From a virus: a stretch of DNA of 64,000 nt. The stretch is from positions 1 through 64,000 of the IMG/VR virus record IMGVR_UViG_3300030503_000573; one strand, 5' to 3'. The notes under the pieces were generated by a model. It had not been told where the DNA came from. It ran no database searches and saw only the letters and a program-made list of their open reading frames with translations. This document shows, piece after piece, positions 62,137-64,000 of the stretch. A program made the translations under genes and the position numbers. Numbering within the stretch: the stretch's first letter is position 1; each line of letters starts with the position of its first letter.

Positions 62137-62172
62137 AAAAAGGCCCGGAGGGCTTCCCCTCCGGGCCTTCTT
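62137..62172. terminator. Bidirectional intrinsic terminator between converging arms
   Basis: 13-bp stem AAGGCCCGGAGGG/CCCTCCGGGCCTT, CTTC loop, A-tract on left and TTCTT on right. Confidence 0.85.
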
Positions 62173-62197
62173 GCCGAGCGGCGATGTAGGCGTCAGG

Positions 62198-62422
62198 CTA
62201 GGCGGGCTCGCCTCCCGCTCCAGCGCCAGCGGCCTGGAGCGCCGCGAGGGCCCCCGCCATCTGGGTGTTGAGCGCGGCCCACTGGGCGGCGGTCGGGTCG
62301 GTTCCGCCCGAGATGACGGCCTGGACCTCGGCGATGAGGGCCTTGACGGAGGCCACGTCACCGAGGATCGAGGGGATCAGCTGGAGCGCCGCGAGGACGA
62401 ACTGGAGGGCTGAGGGGCTCAA
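62198..62422 (-). CDS. Small lysis-cassette protein
   Basis: 74 aa, amphipathic N-terminus, DPTAAQWAAL; last gene before terminator. Confidence 0.55.
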   Translation of the reverse strand: MSPSALQFVLAALQLIPSILGDVASVKALIAEVQAVISGGTDPTAAQWAALNTQMAGALAALQAAGAGAGGEPA

Positions 62423-62423
62423 G

Positions 62424-62783
62424 TCACTTCACCTTCACGGTTGACGTGTCGGCCTGGAGGGCTGACACGGCGGCCTTGGCCGCTGCTACGGCCGCCGCGA
62501 TCTGCGCGGCGGTCCCCTTGGCCGTGACGACGCCCTGCGCGGTGAGCACCGCAGAGGATGCCGCCTGGGCGTCGGTGATCATCTTGGAGACGACCGCCGG
62601 GTTCGAACACAGCGAAGCCCCGGTGGAGCACGCCGGCAGGCCGGCGTAGGTCGTCGCCACCTGGATGGCGCCCGTCAACGCCGCCTCTGTGGCGTAGAGG
62701 GTCTGGGCGGGGTCCGAGCCAGTCATGCTCGCGCACCCCGCCAGCGCCAGGGCGCATGCCCCGGCGGCGAGCGCCGCCCTCAA
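62424..62783 (-). CDS. Lipoprotein (spanin-like candidate)
   Basis: TTG start overlapping upstream stop; ALALAG-C lipobox; Ala-rich helices. Confidence 0.65.
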   Translation of the reverse strand: MRAALAAGACALALAGCASMTGSDPAQTLYATEAALTGAIQVATTYAGLPACSTGASLCSNPAVVSKMITDAQAASSAVLTAQGVVTAKGTAAQIAAAVAAAKAAVSALQADTSTVKVK

Positions 62784-63079
62784 GCGGGCACGCTGATCTT
62801 GGCGGCGGTGTACTTGGAGATGGTGGCGTAGGCCGCCGCCTGCACCTCGGCCGCCTTGGCGTCGAGGAAGGCGTTCCACTCTGGCACCAGCTCGGGCGCG
62901 ATGGTCGGCGCAGCCGTGTCAACGACGGCGTCAGTGGCCTTCTGGACCAGCTTCTCGCCGTCGGTGATGGCCTCGTTGGCGATGCCCGTCTCGGTGCCCG
63001 GGGGCAGCGAGTCCAGGAAGCCGGCGAGCTTGGCCTTGATGGCGGCCCAGTCGTCAGCGAGTTCTTGTTGGAGCGGCAC
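62780..63079 (-). CDS. Hypothetical lysis-cassette protein
   Basis: GTG start with AGGAGG RBS; 99 aa helical. Confidence 0.6.
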   Translation of the reverse strand: MPLQQELADDWAAIKAKLAGFLDSLPPGTETGIANEAITDGEKLVQKATDAVVDTAAPTIAPELVPEWNAFLDAKAAEVQAAAYATISKYTAAKISVPA

Positions 63080-63123
63080 GGTGTCCTCCTGTGGGACGGG
63101 GCTGGGCTTGGTAGCAGCCGGGC

Positions 63124-63450
63124 TCAGCCCAGGGGCCGGCTGCTGGGCTGGGGGATTATAGGCCTGGAGGCGGCCTGGGCAAGGGGCCCGGTGGGGTTGT
63201 CGGCGATCTCGGCCATCTTTCCCTTGACGGCGACCGGGTCCAGGTTCTGGAGCAGCCACGCGATCACCAGCAGCCCGGCCGAGGTCGCCCAGGCGGCCTG
63301 GCTCGGGGGCACCACCTTGAGGTGGATGAGGATCGGCACGATTGTGGCCACGATGATGCGGGCGTTGGCGGCCACCCAGCTTCGGAAGAAGCCCGAGGTG
63401 ACGATGTTGAGGAACGTGGCCCAGAGCCACGCGAAGAACTTCTTGATCAC
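63124..63450 (-). CDS. Putative holin
   Basis: GTG start with GAGGG RBS; 2-3 hydrophobic segments; follows endolysin. Confidence 0.55.
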   Translation of the reverse strand: MIKKFFAWLWATFLNIVTSGFFRSWVAANARIIVATIVPILIHLKVVPPSQAAWATSAGLLVIAWLLQNLDPVAVKGKMAEIADNPTGPLAQAASRPIIPQPSSRPLG

Positions 63451-63482
63451 AGCGGCACCCTCGTGACGCGGGCCGGTTGGCC

Positions 63483-63995
63483 CTACTGGTTGTAGAAGAC
63501 GTGGGCCCACAGCGTGCAGGCCAGCTTGGCGCGGACGGCCCACACCGGAGCGGCAGGCACCCCGCTCGGGGCATAGTACAGCACGGTGGTGGGGCCGAAC
63601 CCGGTGCCGACCCCGGCGTCGCCGCGCCACGCCGGCCCGGGCTCGAAGCTCATCGGCCGCCCGGCGGCCCAGGCGCTCGCGTCGAGCGTGGCCTGGACGG
63701 CGCGCTCCCACACCCCGTCCTCGGCCTGGAACTGAGCCTGCAGCGCGACGGCGCGCGCCATCGCCGCGTCGGCGTCGAAGGCGACCTCGACGTACCGGCC
63801 GGACACCCAGTCGTCCCAGAAGCCGGAGAAGGCCCACTTGTGGAGCACGGTGCCCGCCATGGAACCGTCACTCTGGTAGTGGAGCCTCATGCGGTTGAGT
63901 ATCACGGCCGCGACGGCGGCCTGCCCCTCGGGCGGCTGGTTGGCCCCCTCGTCGGCGACCGCCGTGGCCCACAGCTCGGCGTCTGTGAGGGTCAC
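63483..63995 (-). CDS. Endolysin, SleB-like cell wall hydrolase (Hydrolase_2)
   Basis: E(GANQP)..GQAAVAAVILNR...AFS...YY...HVFY. Confidence 0.85.
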   Translation of the reverse strand: MTLTDAELWATAVADEGANQPPEGQAAVAAVILNRMRLHYQSDGSMAGTVLHKWAFSGFWDDWVSGRYVEVAFDADAAMARAVALQAQFQAEDGVWERAVQATLDASAWAAGRPMSFEPGPAWRGDAGVGTGFGPTTVLYYAPSGVPAAPVWAVRAKLACTLWAHVFYNQ

Positions 63996-64000
63996 CGGGG

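Larger units (their letters stand above)
1..64000. mobile_element. Tailed dsDNA bacteriophage genome (myovirus-type morphogenesis, YuA/M6-like replication and DNA modification arm), partial
   Basis: Dense, co-oriented, overlapping gene arrays with terminase, portal, capsid, sheath, tape measure, PolA, primase, RNR and endolysin; no host housekeeping context. Confidence 0.97.

Noticed and set aside
1-64000. Prophage or lysogeny module
   Set aside because: No integrase, CI-like repressor, partition genes or flanking host genes in the window

Overview
Most of the genome of a high-GC, apparently virulent dsDNA tailed phage. No integrase or repressor is visible. A probable alphaproteobacterial host is inferred, not proven, from a Caulobacter-PilA-like Flp pilin, a SleB-type endolysin, a stand-alone DnaA domain IV and promoters lacking the -7 T. 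Minus strand 1-22.9 kb: a Bcep781/OP2-like contractile-tail morphogenesis module (terminases, DUF1073 portal, NUDIX-fused prohead protease, scaffold, capsid, neck, sheath, tube, frameshifting tail chaperone, tape measure, first baseplate genes), headed by a NusG/RfaH paralog. 23.0-24.3 kb: a tandem winged-helix regulator and a repeat-rich, AT-richer non-coding region (candidate origin). Plus strand 24.3-62.1 kb: replication and nucleotide-metabolism genes (SNF2, SSB, Dda and UvrD helicases, class II RNR, PolA, primase-helicase, dCTP deaminase), three near-identical strong promoters with a conserved leader hairpin, and a thymidine-hypermodification cluster. The cluster has a dUMP hydroxymethylase, three tandem 5-hmdU DNA kinase-like paralogs and two aGPT-Pplase/amino acid:DNA transferase-family genes. 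It also has a translationally coupled amidoligase + FAD oxidoreductase + aspartate 1-decarboxylase (PanD) trio, which suggests an undescribed, possibly beta-alanine-containing, DNA base. A phage-encoded Flp pilin sits in the same cluster. Minus strand 62.2-64 kb: lysis cassette. The remaining baseplate and fiber genes lie outside the window. All family calls come from motif recognition by eye; no database search was run.
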